DNA of 62,990 bases, the filler included. It is 5 parts of 5 records of this genome, joined end to end, with 100 filler letters (N's around TTAATTAATTAA, not from the genome) between each part and the next. Parts side by side here need not be neighbours in the genome. Positions count along the whole stretch, not along the records: positions 1 to 10,443 come from DRR723986_6277; 4 more parts are not named here. One strand, written 5' to 3'. The notes beneath the pieces are model-generated. The model ran no database searches and was not told the origin of the DNA. It worked only from the letters and a program-made list of their open reading frames with translations. Shown piece after piece: positions 1 to 10,443 of the stretch. How positions within the stretch are numbered: position 1 is the stretch's first letter; each line of letters starts with the position of its first letter. The position numbers and the translations under genes were made by a program.

Positions 1-840
1 CAGTTGGGTTTCCCACAGCGGCACGGTGTTGACCAGCGTGGAGTTGATCTTGGTCACCAGCGATTTGTCGTTTTCCTGCACCAGCCGGATCGAGGGCAGC
101 GATTGCATGGTGACCTGACGGGTCAGTTTCAGATCATGCACACGGCGTTCCAGATCGTCCCGCGCGGCCCGCATATCGCGCAGCTCTTGGGCGACCATCA
201 CCTGATCGGCTTCGGCAGCTTTGCTGACTTCGGCCTCTTTGGCAGGGATCACGGTTGCGTCCAGATCGGCCAGCTTGGCCTCACCCGCCGCGATATAGAG
301 CGCGAGTTCATCGTAGAACTGCAGCGTTTTTTCATAAAGCATATCAAGCGATTTGATGTCTTTGAGCAGGGTGTGCTCATGGCTCAGCAGGTTGTCCGTG
401 ATCCGGTCAATCTGGCCTTGAACCTTTTCAAACTGGGCGGTGAACTTGGCAAAGGGCGCGGCCTTTCCCAAAAGTTTCTCCCACCAGCTGCGCTTGCGGC
501 GCACATCCAGTTCGGACACCGAAAATCCGCGAATGGTGCTGACAATACTGCGCAGGCTGTCACCTGCGGGGCCAACGTCCTTGTTGCGCACATCGGCCAG
601 CATCGCCTGGCTGATTTCCTGCAACTCGGCCTGTGCGGCCGATCCGAAGGACACGATGGATTGCGTGTCTTCCATGTCGATCTCGGCCATGCGCCGCTTG
701 ATCTCGGCGCTTTGGGTCTTGTTGGCCTTTTCCAGCGGGACAACCGCATTGGCTGCCGCCGGTTCGGGCAGGACAACGGCGGTCACTTCTTCGACCATAG
801 CAAGGGATTGATTGGCTTTTTCACGAACAGTTTCAGACAT
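1..840 (-). CDS. telA: Toxic anion resistance protein TelA (3' end runs off window)
   Basis: Manual minus-strand translation from ATG at 840: MSETVREKANQSL...QSIVSFGSAAQAELQ...LLKDIKSLDMLYEK...RVHDLKLTRQVTMQSLPSIRLVQENDKSLVTKINSTLVNTVPLWETQL; TelA signature; follows xpaC-like gene. Confidence 0.9.
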   Translation of the reverse strand, partial: MSETVREKANQSLAMVEEVTAVVLPEPAAANAVVPLEKANKTQSAEIKRRMAEIDMEDTQSIVSFGSAAQAELQEISQAMLADVRNKDVGPAGDSLRSIVSTIRGFSVSELDVRRKRSWWEKLLGKAAPFAKFTAQFEKVQGQIDRITDNLLSHEHTLLKDIKSLDMLYEKTLQFYDELALYIAAGEAKLADLDATVIPAKEAEVSKAAEADQVMVAQELRDMRAARDDLERRVHDLKLTRQVTMQSLPSIRLVQENDKSLVTKINSTLVNTVPLWETQL

Positions 841-876
841 ATATCAAGTTTCCTTCATGCGTTTTGCAGGGCAAAG

Positions 877-1761
877 TCAGTCCAGCCGGACCCCTTCGCG
901 GGACAGCCGTTCGCGCAGCACGTCGATCTCTACGGTCAAATCGCTGCGATCTTCGAGCAGGGATTTACGTGTGCGGGCGGCAAAGTTTCGGTCAAGATCA
1001 TCAAGCAGGGCAAGGTAATCGGCGCGGGCCTGTTCGTCCTGTGATCGGCTGTAAATATCGGCAAATTTGGCGGTCGCGTCCCGTGCGCCGCGCAGATAAA
1101 CCGACAGATATTTGCGGGCGGCGGTCAGATCGCGCGGATCTTCCTCAACCGTGCGGATCAGATCGCGGGCGGTGCCTTGAAAGGCCGCAAGCCGCTCTGC
1201 CGCGCGGCGGTCTTTGGCGCGGGCCATGGCGTCGCTCATCCCTGCCAGAAGCTTTTCGGCCTCATCCACCACGCGGGCAACGCGGTCTTGCTGAAAGGTG
1301 TCGATGCCTTCCATGCCTTTGCTTTTCATCGGATCAAGGCCAAAGGCCGTGAGGTGCAGCGCGGCAGTACAGCCGCCAAACAGCAGCGGCGCAAGGATGG
1401 CAAATCCGCCGTCCTGATGGGCCAGAACCGCCAATGCCGCGCCAAGGCCAGCGGCCGCTGCGGCCAGTATTTTGCGGGGAAGGGCTGGTTTGCGGGCCAC
1501 CTTGCGGCTGTTGAACTCCGCCTCGGCGCGCAACCCCTCACGCAGCAACCATGCGCCAAGGATCAGGCTGGCCGCCCCCGCCAGACCCAGCGCCAGGCTG
1601 GTGGCGCCGCCATTCAATGAAGTAAAAACCAGCACAATCGCCGGGGCAAACAGTACGTTCGAGCGCCCACCTGCGGGGTCCACTTCAATACGTTTGCGTG
1701 GCGTGCTGTCCGGCGCGACCTGCCCATCGGGGCTGTATTTTCCGCCAAAACGTTTGGCCAT
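877..1761 (-). CDS. 5-bromo-4-chloroindolyl phosphate hydrolysis (XpaC) family membrane protein
   Basis: N-terminal TM helices, C-terminal helical domain (VEEDPRDLTAARKYLSVYL...DLTVEIDVL); canonical position upstream of telA. Confidence 0.8.
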   Translation of the reverse strand: MAKRFGGKYSPDGQVAPDSTPRKRIEVDPAGGRSNVLFAPAIVLVFTSLNGGATSLALGLAGAASLILGAWLLREGLRAEAEFNSRKVARKPALPRKILAAAAAGLGAALAVLAHQDGGFAILAPLLFGGCTAALHLTAFGLDPMKSKGMEGIDTFQQDRVARVVDEAEKLLAGMSDAMARAKDRRAAERLAAFQGTARDLIRTVEEDPRDLTAARKYLSVYLRGARDATAKFADIYSRSQDEQARADYLALLDDLDRNFAARTRKSLLEDRSDLTVEIDVLRERLSREGVRLD

Positions 1762-1764
1762 GGA

Positions 1765-1995
1765 TCAAAGCCCCCCAAGCCAGCCGCTGGTGACGCCAAA
1801 CAGCACCACAATCAACGCAACATATGCCATTTTACGAACGGACCGTGACCCCATCAGATCTTCCTTTATTCCCGCGATGCCCCTTTCGGACCCAGAAGGC
1901 CGGGGGGCTGTAGCCGCAGTCCAGATTGATAGCATTATCGCGCCAATGGCAACGATCACCACAACAAACAATACGATCAGCAAGAGCCGTGCCAC
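1765..1995 (-). CDS. Small two-TM hypothetical membrane protein
   Basis: Two hydrophobic segments; stop 3 nt before the xpaC start; GTG start at 1995 is uncertain. Confidence 0.55.
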   Translation of the reverse strand: MARLLLIVLFVVVIVAIGAIMLSIWTAATAPRPSGSERGIAGIKEDLMGSRSVRKMAYVALIVVLFGVTSGWLGGL

Positions 1996-2318
1996 TATTT
2001 TCCCCCGTGCTGCCAACATAGGCGCAACTTTGTCGCCGTGCCAGACGATCTACCTTGGTGCACAGATTGGCGGCGGACAGGCATGACGCCAACAAGCGGG
2101 CGCTCTGTAAATTTGTACATATGATATAGGGGTTTACCCGACCATTGTGAATGACATGTGACGGGGAAAAACCGGTCAAAACTCACCCATGAGATGTGCA
2201 TCGCACTGCAGCCCAAAGGGGTTTTGCGACATCGCGGTCCCGCTTTGGTGTCGCAGGGCGAACAGAAAAGCCGGGATTCTCAGTCAAGTTGGCCAAAAAC
2301 ATGGGGTGAATTTTTCTT

Positions 2319-3575
2319 ATGTTCGAACGCCGTATTCCCGAGTGGATCCGCCACGCGCCAGCCCCCTCTGTCAGAGGGTTCGCGATGCTGGCGGGATGTG
2401 AAGCCGTTGCGCGAGGGATCTTGATCTCGGTCTATCCTGTGGCGATCTATGATGCTCTCAAAGATGCCGCGCTGATCAGCTCGATCTACTTTTGCATCGG
2501 GGTTGTGTCCTTGATTGTGGGGCTGCTGGTGCCCTTCCTGAACCGGTTTGTGCCGCGCCGCTGGATGTATGGTGTGGGGGCGTTTGGCTTTGTCGTTTCG
2601 GCGGGGCTGGCGATGACAGGTCAGCCCGAGATGATCGTGGCGTCCTTGGTGCTGAACTCGCTGGCGACCGTGACAACATTTGTCTGCTTCAACGCCTATG
2701 TGCTGGACTACATTGCACGGGTGGAACTTGGCAAATGCGAGACATTGCGCATGTTCTATTCGGCTTTGGGCTGGACCCTTGGCCCGGTGCTGGGCGTTGT
2801 GCTTTGGAGCTTTTGGAAGCCTGCGCCCTTCGTTGTCTCTGCTGTTGCGGCCGCTTTGATGCTAGCGGTGTTCCTTTATATGCGGCTGGGCAATGGCAAA
2901 TTGATCACGCGGGCGCGCAAGGCACCGCCCAATCCACTGTCGTTTCTGGGGCGGTTCTTCGAGCAGCCAAGGTTGATCGCAGGTTGGCTGTTTGCGGTGA
3001 TCCGGTCCTGTGGCTGGTGGGCCTACGTGGTGTACCTGCCTATTTTCGCTGTGGAAAAGGGCCTGGGGGATCAGCTGGGCGGGATCTTGTTGTCGCTGAC
3101 CAATGCGGCGCTGTTCCTCTCGCCGGTCATGTTGCGCTGGATGCAGGCGGGATCGATCCGCCGTTCGGTGCGCACCGGGTTCATGGCCTGCGGGATGCTC
3201 TTTGCACTGGCTGGTTTTGTCGCTGGTCTGCCGCTGGCCACGATTGCGCTGCTGTTTTGCGGAAGTTTCTTTTTGATCTTGCTGGATATTTGCGCGGGCC
3301 TGCCGTTCCTGATGGCGGTCAAACCGTCCGAGCGGACCGAGATGTCGGCGATCTATTCCTCGTTCCGCGATGTGTCGGGCATTGCCACGCCGGGGATTGC
3401 CTGGCTGATCCTGCTGGCCGCACCGATCTCGGGAATCTTTGTGGCGGCAGGGGCGGCCAGTTTTGTCGCTTGGGGGATCGCAGGGCGCCTGCATCCGCGG
3501 CTGGGCGAGGCGCGTTTGAAACCTGCCGGACCGTTGTTGCCCGCCGAGACTGCCGAACCTGAAGTTGCCTGGTAA
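2319..3575 (+). CDS. MFS transporter
   Basis: 418 aa, ~12 hydrophobic segments, MFS-like two-half architecture. Confidence 0.85.
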   Translation: MFERRIPEWIRHAPAPSVRGFAMLAGCEAVARGILISVYPVAIYDALKDAALISSIYFCIGVVSLIVGLLVPFLNRFVPRRWMYGVGAFGFVVSAGLAMTGQPEMIVASLVLNSLATVTTFVCFNAYVLDYIARVELGKCETLRMFYSALGWTLGPVLGVVLWSFWKPAPFVVSAVAAALMLAVFLYMRLGNGKLITRARKAPPNPLSFLGRFFEQPRLIAGWLFAVIRSCGWWAYVVYLPIFAVEKGLGDQLGGILLSLTNAALFLSPVMLRWMQAGSIRRSVRTGFMACGMLFALAGFVAGLPLATIALLFCGSFFLILLDICAGLPFLMAVKPSERTEMSAIYSSFRDVSGIATPGIAWLILLAAPISGIFVAAGAASFVAWGIAGRLHPRLGEARLKPAGPLLPAETAEPEVAW

Positions 3576-3599
3576 CTCTGGCGGCGTGGCAGCTGTGAT

Positions 3600-4445
3600 T
3601 TAGCGGCGGGGTTTGCCAGCCTTTCCAGCCATGCTGCTGCGGCGCTTTGAGAACCTCTGCACCGTTTTGGGCTTTTTCTGCGCGGTGCCGCTGGCGTCTT
3701 CGATTTCCAGCCCCAGTTGATCACGCACGATCTTGCGGCGGATCTCTTCGACTTCGCCGGATTTCAGCTCACCCAGTTGGAACGGGCCATAGCTGATGCG
3801 GATCAGGCGGTTCACACTGAGGCCCACGGCCTCCATCGCGCGGCGGATTTCGCGGTTCTTGCCCTCGCGCAGCCCCACGGTCAGCCAGGCATTTGCGCCC
3901 TGCTGCCGGTCCAGCGTCACGGTCATCGGCTGAAACCGCTCGCCCTCAATGGTGATGCCTTTGCGCAATGGCTCCAACGCGGCGTCGCTGGGCCGCCCGT
4001 TGACGCGCACGCGGTAGCGGCGCAGCCAGCCGGTGCTGGGCAGTTCCAGCTTGCGCTTGATGCCGCCGTCATTGGTCAGCAGCAGCAGCCCTTCGGAATT
4101 GATATCAAGACGCCCCACCGACATCACACGCGGCATGTCTTCGGGCAATTTGTCATAAATTGTCTCGCGGCCCTTTTCGTCGCGGTCGCTGGTCACCAGC
4201 CCGGTGGGCTTGTGATACATCCACATGCGCGGCGGTTCCGGTTCTGACACCAGATTGCCGTCGACCATGATGGCGTCGCTTTCGGTCACGTTCAGTGCAG
4301 GTGACAGGATCTGTTCCCCGTTCACGCGCACACGGCCTGCCTCGATCATGCGCTCGGCCTCGCGGCGGGAGGCAACACCGGCACGGGCCAGAACTTTGGC
4401 GATCCGGTCGCCTTTTGGGGTCTCTTTGGGGGCTTTGTCTGTCAT
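3600..4445 (-). CDS. rluB: 23S rRNA pseudouridine synthase RluB family
   Basis: S4 domain (RIAKVLARAGVASRREAE) and catalytic VGRLDINSEGLLLLTNDG, LREGKNREIRR. Confidence 0.9.
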   Translation of the reverse strand: MTDKAPKETPKGDRIAKVLARAGVASRREAERMIEAGRVRVNGEQILSPALNVTESDAIMVDGNLVSEPEPPRMWMYHKPTGLVTSDRDEKGRETIYDKLPEDMPRVMSVGRLDINSEGLLLLTNDGGIKRKLELPSTGWLRRYRVRVNGRPSDAALEPLRKGITIEGERFQPMTVTLDRQQGANAWLTVGLREGKNREIRRAMEAVGLSVNRLIRISYGPFQLGELKSGEVEEIRRKIVRDQLGLEIEDASGTAQKKPKTVQRFSKRRSSMAGKAGKPRR

Positions 4446-4507
4446 GCCGCCCGCTTACCCTGTTTGTGCGGGTTGCGAAAGGGCGGCAATTGCGGGCATG
4501 AAAAGGC

Positions 4508-4963
4508 ATGGTGTTTCGATCCCACATGCAGGCCGCCCTGGCCGAAGCGGCCGCCGCCGGCGCGCGCGGCGAAGTGCCGGTGGGCGCAGTTGTCGCCGAT
4601 CCGGCGGGGCAGGTTGTGGCGCGGGCGGGCAACCGCACCCGTGAATTGAACGATCCGACCGCCCATGCCGAGGTGCTGGCAATCCGTGCCGCCTGCGCGG
4701 CGGCAGGGTCTGAACGGTTGCCGGATCATGCGCTTTACGTGACGCTTGAACCCTGCCCGATGTGTGCCGCCGCGATATCGGCGGCGCGGGTGGCGCGGTT
4801 GTATTATGGCGCTTCCGATCCCAAATCAGGTGGGGTCGCGCAGGGCGCACGGGTGTTTTCGCATCCGCAATGTCACCATGTGCCAGAGGTGTTTGACGGC
4901 ATTGACGGGGCGGCGGCGGAGGCCATGTTGAAAGAGTTTTTTGAAGCAAAAAGAAAAGGTTAA
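4508..4963 (+). CDS. tadA: tRNA adenosine(34) deaminase
   Basis: GEVPVGAV, DPTAHAE, TLEPCPMC zinc deaminase motifs. Confidence 0.9.
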   Translation: MVFRSHMQAALAEAAAAGARGEVPVGAVVADPAGQVVARAGNRTRELNDPTAHAEVLAIRAACAAAGSERLPDHALYVTLEPCPMCAAAISAARVARLYYGASDPKSGGVAQGARVFSHPQCHHVPEVFDGIDGAAAEAMLKEFFEAKRKG

Positions 4964-4968
4964 TTGGT

Positions 4969-5589
4969 ATGGCTGTCAGTAAGGAGCTTTCCCGCTTTAC
5001 CCGCGATGCATTGAGCGCAGGCAAAAGCCGCGACGAGATTGCAACCACGCTGACCGCCTCGGGCTGGAGCGCATCAGAGGTGTCGGATGCCTTGAGCGCC
5101 TGGGCAGACACCCCGTTCGCGCCCCCGGTGCCAAGGCCGCAATCCACCGTGTCGGCACGGGATTTCTTTATCTACGCCCTGATGTTCGGGGTCTTGCTGT
5201 TTGGGGCCATCCATCTGGTGCTTTTGCTGAACCACCTGATCGATCTGGCCTTTGACGATGCGGGCTACCGCAGCAGCCATGGCATCCGCTGGGCAATTGC
5301 AGTTCTCGTGGTGACAGCGCCCACCTACCTTTGGCTGACCGCGCGGGAACGCAGCAAACTGGCGGCGGATCCGGCGCTGTATCGATCTGTGATCCGGCGC
5401 TGGATGACCTATCTGACCTTGCTGGGCGCGTCCGGCGTGTTGCTGGGCGATCTGGTGTCGGTGATCTATGCCTTCCTCAGCGGTGATTTCACCTTGCAAT
5501 TTTTGGCCAAGGCGCTGGTTGTCGGCGCGGTCTCTGGCCTGATTTTCCTGTATTACCTGGGGGATATCCGCAAAGGAGACGCGGCATGA
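4969..5589 (+). CDS. DUF5671-like membrane protein
   Basis: N-terminal helical segment, PVPRP..SARD.F.Y motif, four TMs with RRWMTYLTL. Confidence 0.7.
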   Translation: MAVSKELSRFTRDALSAGKSRDEIATTLTASGWSASEVSDALSAWADTPFAPPVPRPQSTVSARDFFIYALMFGVLLFGAIHLVLLLNHLIDLAFDDAGYRSSHGIRWAIAVLVVTAPTYLWLTARERSKLAADPALYRSVIRRWMTYLTLLGASGVLLGDLVSVIYAFLSGDFTLQFLAKALVVGAVSGLIFLYYLGDIRKGDAA

Positions 5590-6020
5590 ACAAGCTGCTT
5601 TTTGCGGCTTGCGTGGCCCTTGTGTGCGGCACATTGGGTGCCGCGTTGATGGTCGTGGGCGGTCCGGGACATGCCCGCATGGAAAAGAACGACGCGCAGC
5701 GGGCAGCGGACCTGCGCAAACTGGGGCAGTATTATCGTTGCAACCTTCCGGTTGAGCCATCGCTGGGTGATCGCGAACCCCAAGATAGGCCAGATCGGTG
5801 CGCCGGCCATGTGCGCAAGCCAGATGCGCGCGATCCGGTCACGGGAGAAGAATACATCTTCACCCGGACCAACGCCGATCAATTTGAGGTCTGCGCCACC
5901 TTTCAAACCGACACCCAGCCCCGCGACCGCTATCCCTTTGAGGACATCACATTCGACGGGGCTGAGGGATGTGTGGTTCACGCCCGCACGGGCGCGGGCC
6001 TGAAATGGGCGATCCAGTAG
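5586..6020 (+). CDS. Hypothetical membrane-anchored exported protein
   Basis: ATGA overlap with upstream gene; N-terminal TM; D.QR..DL and DPVTGEEY..FEVCATF motifs. Confidence 0.7.
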   Translation: MNKLLFAACVALVCGTLGAALMVVGGPGHARMEKNDAQRAADLRKLGQYYRCNLPVEPSLGDREPQDRPDRCAGHVRKPDARDPVTGEEYIFTRTNADQFEVCATFQTDTQPRDRYPFEDITFDGAEGCVVHARTGAGLKWAIQ

Positions 6021-6023
6021 ACA

Positions 6024-6719
6024 TTACAGGCGGATTGGCTCCAGCACCTGCGGTTCAATCACATCCACCCCCGGCAATCCGTCGGCCAGCACTTTGGCCG
6101 ATTGTTCCAGCGCGTCAAAGGTGCGGTAGTGGCAGGGGATCACGGTTTTGAAGTTGAAGTAGCGTTTTGCGGCATAGGCGGCCTCGGCCATGCCCATTGT
6201 GTAGAACCCGCCCGCCGACAGGATACCGATGTTGGGTTTGTAAAAATCGCCGATCCAGTCCATGTCGGCCATGATGCCGGTATCGCCTGAGATATAGACC
6301 GTATGCCCTTCACCGCGCAGGATAAATCCCGTCTCGCGGCCCATAGCCAGAGGCTTGTCCCCCTCCATGGTTGAGGAGGAATGCATCGCAGGCACCATCA
6401 CGGCTGTCACGTTCTCGCCCAGCGGGATCGTGCCGCCGATGTTATAGGCCGCCCCTTCCACCGCACCGCCCGCCGCGAGGTATTGCGCCAGCTCATACAT
6501 GCCTGAAACCGGTGCGCCGGTGGATTTGGAGATCTCCACAACATCGGTGATGTGGTCAAAATGGCCGTGGGTGACCAGAATATGCGTCGCGCCTTGGGTG
6601 GCGGCCTCATGACCGTCTTCGGGCATCATCGGATTGCCGTTCAGCCAAGGATCGATCAAGACCACCTGATCTTCGATTTCGATGCGAAATGAGCCGTGGC
6701 CAAGCCAGATGATATTCAT
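6024..6719 (-). CDS. UPF0173 metal-dependent hydrolase (MBL fold)
   Basis: MNIIWLGHGSF, THGHFDH, SGDTG, IPCHY motifs; start 6719 with AAGGGGAG RBS. Confidence 0.9.
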   Translation of the reverse strand: MNIIWLGHGSFRIEIEDQVVLIDPWLNGNPMMPEDGHEAATQGATHILVTHGHFDHITDVVEISKSTGAPVSGMYELAQYLAAGGAVEGAAYNIGGTIPLGENVTAVMVPAMHSSSTMEGDKPLAMGRETGFILRGEGHTVYISGDTGIMADMDWIGDFYKPNIGILSAGGFYTMGMAEAAYAAKRYFNFKTVIPCHYRTFDALEQSAKVLADGLPGVDVIEPQVLEPIRL

Positions 6720-6905
6720 ATGTGTTCTCCCCTTCGATTGGGGAGAGCATAATCCGTTCTGGCGCTGCGGCAAGTGCGGCATCTGGCGGCAAGCCGGCCC
6801 TCCGGGGGGAGGTTTTTTGGGCCAAATGAAGAGGCGGGCAGGGCGCACCCTTGCGAGGGCGCAAAAGGAAGGATACACCGCCGCCCAAGCAGATGGAGAG
6901 CCTTC

Positions 6906-7193
6906 ATGTCGATCGACGAAAACACCGCCGCCCGCGTGGCGAAACTGGCCCGCATCAAGGTAGAGCCTGAGGCGCTGCCGGCGCTGGCGCAGGAGTTCAA
7001 TAATATCCTCGGGTTCATTGAACAGCTGAACGAAGTGGACATTGAAGGGGTCGAGCCGATGACCTCAGTGACGCCGCAAAAGCTGAAGCGGCGTCAAGAT
7101 GTGGTGACCGATGGGGACCAGCAGGCCAAAGTGCTGGCCAATGCGCCCGATGCCCGCGAAGGGTTTTTTGCCGTGCCGAAGGTGGTGGAATAA
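6906..7193 (+). CDS. gatC: Asp/Glu-tRNA amidotransferase subunit C
   Basis: [17 protein letters not shown]...FFAVPKVVE; coupled to gatA. Confidence 0.95.
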   Translation: MSIDENTAARVAKLARIKVEPEALPALAQEFNNILGFIEQLNEVDIEGVEPMTSVTPQKLKRRQDVVTDGDQQAKVLANAPDAREGFFAVPKVVE

Positions 7194-8680
7194 TGACTGA
7201 ACTGAACAAACTGGGCCTGGCTGGCGCACGCGATGCGCTGCGCAGCGGCGATGTGACATCCAAAGACCTTACCGAGGCCTGCCTCACCGCAATTGATGGT
7301 GCAGGTGCATTGAATGCCTTTGTCCACAACACGCCGGATGTGGCCTTGGCGCAAGCGGATGCTGCCGACAAGCGTCTTGCGGCAGGTGATGCGCCCGCGA
7401 TGTGCGGCTTGCCCATCGGGATCAAGGATCTGTTTTGCACCAAAGGTGTGCCGTCTCAGGCCGGATCGCGGATACTGGAGGGGTTCCTGCCGGAGTATGA
7501 AAGCACCGTCAGCCAGAACCTTTTCGACAATGGCGCGGTGATGCTGGGTAAGCTCAACATGGACGAATTTGCCATGGGCAGCTCCAACGAGACGTCCGTT
7601 TACGGCAATGCGGTGAACCCGTGGCGGCGCGGCAATGATGATGCGGCGCTGACGCCCGGTGGCTCCTCCGGTGGCTCTGCTGCGGCGGTTGCAGCGGATC
7701 TGTGCCTTGCGGCGACTGGCACGGACACAGGCGGGTCGATCCGCCAGCCTGCGGCCTTTACCGGCACGGTTGGGATCAAGCCGACTTACGGGCGTTGTTC
7801 GCGTTGGGGCATTGTTGCCTTTGCCTCCTCGCTGGATCAGGCGGGTCCGATGACCAAATCGGTGCGCGATGCTGCGATCATGCTGGAGGCGATGTGCGGG
7901 CATGACCCCAAAGACAGCACTTCGGCCGATCTGGCGGTGCCAAATTTCGAGGCGGCGCTGACCGGCGATATGCGCGGCAAGAAGATCGGCATTCCCAAAG
8001 AGTACCGCATGGACGGCATGCCAGAAGAGATTGAGACGCTCTGGCAGGACGGCATCGCCATGATGAAGGACGCCGGCGCCGAGATCGTTGATATCTCGCT
8101 TCCGCATACCAAATACGCTTTGCCCGCGTATTACGTGATTGCGCCCGCTGAGGCCTCCTCGAACCTCGCGCGCTATGATGGGGTGCGATATGGCCACCGC
8201 GCCACGCTTGAGGCTGGGGACGGCATCACCGAGATGTATGAAAACACCCGCGCCGAAGGGTTTGGGCACGAGGTGCAGCGCCGCGTGATGATTGGCACCT
8301 ATGTGCTCTCTGCCGGTTTTTATGACGCCTATTACAACCGTGCCCGCCGGGTGCGCAGCCTGATCAAGAAAGACTTCGAAGATGTCTTCGCCCAAGGCAT
8401 CGACAGCATCCTGACCCCGGCCACCCCGTCTGCGGCCTTTGGTCTGGGCGAGATGACCGATGCCGATCCGGTGGCGATGTATCTCAACGATGTGTTCACC
8501 GTCACGGTCAACCTTGCGGGCTTGCCGGGCATCGCGGTGCCAACGGGGCAGAACCGTCAGGGCCTGCCACTGGGTCTGCAACTGATCGGACGGCCATGGG
8601 AAGAGGCGGATCTGCTGTCTTCTGCCTATGCGCTGGAGAAGGCCGCAGGCTTTGTAGCCAAGGCAGACAAATGGTGGTAA
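7193..8680 (+). CDS. gatA: Asp/Glu-tRNA amidotransferase subunit A
   Basis: Amidase signature [32 protein letters not shown]. Confidence 0.97.
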   Translation: MTELNKLGLAGARDALRSGDVTSKDLTEACLTAIDGAGALNAFVHNTPDVALAQADAADKRLAAGDAPAMCGLPIGIKDLFCTKGVPSQAGSRILEGFLPEYESTVSQNLFDNGAVMLGKLNMDEFAMGSSNETSVYGNAVNPWRRGNDDAALTPGGSSGGSAAAVAADLCLAATGTDTGGSIRQPAAFTGTVGIKPTYGRCSRWGIVAFASSLDQAGPMTKSVRDAAIMLEAMCGHDPKDSTSADLAVPNFEAALTGDMRGKKIGIPKEYRMDGMPEEIETLWQDGIAMMKDAGAEIVDISLPHTKYALPAYYVIAPAEASSNLARYDGVRYGHRATLEAGDGITEMYENTRAEGFGHEVQRRVMIGTYVLSAGFYDAYYNRARRVRSLIKKDFEDVFAQGIDSILTPATPSAAFGLGEMTDADPVAMYLNDVFTVTVNLAGLPGIAVPTGQNRQGLPLGLQLIGRPWEEADLLSSAYALEKAAGFVAKADKWW

Positions 8681-8718
8681 ACCTGCGCCAATAACCGTCA
8701 AGAGACAGAGCAGTCCAG

Positions 8719-9438
8719 ATGATCAAACATGCCTTCTTCGTTCTCGCCGCAGGCGTGACACTTGCCGCCTGTCAGCCTGCTGTCCCAGATTCGGGGCGCG
8801 GTGCCGGTTTTGACACCTTCGAAGCGGAGCAGCGCAAGCGGGATGCCGCATTGGCCGGGATCGTCCCCGCAACGCCGGTGATTGCGGAAACCCCGCTACA
8901 GACCACAACGCCGAGCAATCCATCTGCGGCGGCAACAGCGGCGGAAACCGCCCGTGTGTTGGCGGCGACCCGTCCGGGGGTGCCAAACAGCGGCGCGGCG
9001 CCGATCAACGCCAGCCCGTCCAACCCGCCACCAGCCGTGGTGAACACGGCAGGGATCTCGAACGAGAACAACTTTGACGCGGTGTCAGGCCAGCGCAGCA
9101 TTGATGATGACGCCGCCCGCATTGCCGCCAACAAGGCGCAGTATGAGGTGGTCACGCCTGAGGCCCTGCCAACCCGCGTTGATTCTGGCCCCAACATCGT
9201 GGCCTACGCCCTAAGCACGTCAAACGCAGTGGGAGAGCAGATCTATCGCCGCATCGGCCTGAACAAGGCGGCAAAGTACGCCCGGTCCTGCCGGTCGTTC
9301 AGCACGCCAGATCAGGCACAGATTGATTTCCTCGCACGCGGCGGTCCGCAAAAAGACCGCAAAGGCATGGACCCGGACGGTGATGGCTTTGCCTGCGACT
9401 GGGATCCAACGCCGTTCCGCCGCGCGGCGCAGGGCTGA
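8719..9438 (+). CDS. Lipoprotein with C-terminal Excalibur-like Ca-binding motif
   Basis: Lipobox LAAC; Pro/Ala linker; C...MDPDGDGFAC. Confidence 0.7.
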   Translation: MIKHAFFVLAAGVTLAACQPAVPDSGRGAGFDTFEAEQRKRDAALAGIVPATPVIAETPLQTTTPSNPSAAATAAETARVLAATRPGVPNSGAAPINASPSNPPPAVVNTAGISNENNFDAVSGQRSIDDDAARIAANKAQYEVVTPEALPTRVDSGPNIVAYALSTSNAVGEQIYRRIGLNKAAKYARSCRSFSTPDQAQIDFLARGGPQKDRKGMDPDGDGFACDWDPTPFRRAAQG

Positions 9439-9439
9439 C

Positions 9440-10102
9440 GTGTCCGGGCTTGAGATTACCGAACATCTCTCGCCCAATTGCGGCCCGCGCCGGGATGGGC
9501 TGACGCCCAGCCTGATCGTGATCCACTACACCGCCATGGACAGCGCAGAGGCTGCCTGCGACCGGCTGTGCGATCCTGAGGCTGAGGTGTCCGCGCACTA
9601 CCTGATTGCAAACAGCGGAGAAACCCAGCGTCTGGTCCCGGAGGATCGCCGCGCCTGGCATGCTGGCGCCGGAGAATGGGCCGGGGAATCCGATATTAAC
9701 TCACGCTCCATCGGGATTGAATTGGACAACACCGGCACACAGCCGTTTTCAGAGCCGCAAATGCAGGCGCTGGAAGCCCTGCTGCGCCAAATCATGGACC
9801 GTTGGTCGATTGTGCCCGCCGGGGTTATCGGCCACTCTGATATGGCTCCGGGGCGCAAATGCGATCCCGGCCCGCGATTTGACTGGGCGCGTCTTGCGCG
9901 GCAGGGGCTCGCGCGGCCCGCCGTCCAAACCGCCAAGGACCAACCTCCAACCGATAACAGCTTTCGCGCCGCCGCCTGCGCCGCGGGCTTTACCGCAGAG
10001 GTGCCACTGGAAGATCTGCTCACCGCCACACGCCTGCGCTTTGCGCCGTGGCGGCAGGGTGCCCTGCATCCAGATGATCTGAACCTGCCGGTGCTGGATT
10101 AA
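9440..10102 (+). CDS. N-acetylmuramoyl-L-alanine amidase (Amidase_2, AmiD/AmpD-like)
   Basis: IVIHYT, VSAHY, RAWHAG, NSRSIGIE, GHSD.APGRK.DPG; GTG start 9440. Confidence 0.9.
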   Translation: MSGLEITEHLSPNCGPRRDGLTPSLIVIHYTAMDSAEAACDRLCDPEAEVSAHYLIANSGETQRLVPEDRRAWHAGAGEWAGESDINSRSIGIELDNTGTQPFSEPQMQALEALLRQIMDRWSIVPAGVIGHSDMAPGRKCDPGPRFDWARLARQGLARPAVQTAKDQPPTDNSFRAAACAAGFTAEVPLEDLLTATRLRFAPWRQGALHPDDLNLPVLD

Positions 10103-10194
10103 TCGACCTCCTTCTCCCTTTTTGGCCCTCAAATACTCAATCCCGCCGGTGCAGCCATTGACGGCAGCCGCAATGACACGCTACGCCGCACCCT

Positions 10195-10443
10195 GCGCGG
10201 AAGGCCGGATGACCGCGGCGATGCAAATCGTCGAGGAAAGTCCGGACTCCAAAAAACAACGGTGCCGGGTAACGCCCGGGCGGGGCAACCCGACGGAGAG
10301 CGCCACAGAAATGAAACCGCCCTTTCGGGTCTGTGTCGGGCAACCGATACCGCCGCAGGGGTAAGGGTGAAACGGTGGGGTAAGAGCCCACCGCGCCGCT
10401 GGCAACAGGGGCGGCATGGCAAGCCCCACCGGGAGCAATGCCA
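10195..10443 (+). ncRNA. rnpB: RNase P RNA (type A), truncated by contig end
   Basis: GAGGAAAGTCCGGACTCC, GAGAGCGCCACAGAAA, AGGGTGAAACGGTGGGGTAAGAGCCCACC, GGCAAGCCCCACCGGGAGCAA conserved blocks; 5' end approximate. Confidence 0.95.

Noticed and set aside
4-1044. 346-aa plus-strand ORF
   Set aside because: Antisense shadow of telA/xpaC on the minus strand.
7094-8701. 535-aa minus-strand ORF
   Set aside because: Antisense shadow of gatA in high-GC DNA; the same applies to 2492-3562 (alternate frame of the MFS gene), 31633-32724, 34318-35124 and 40864-41802.
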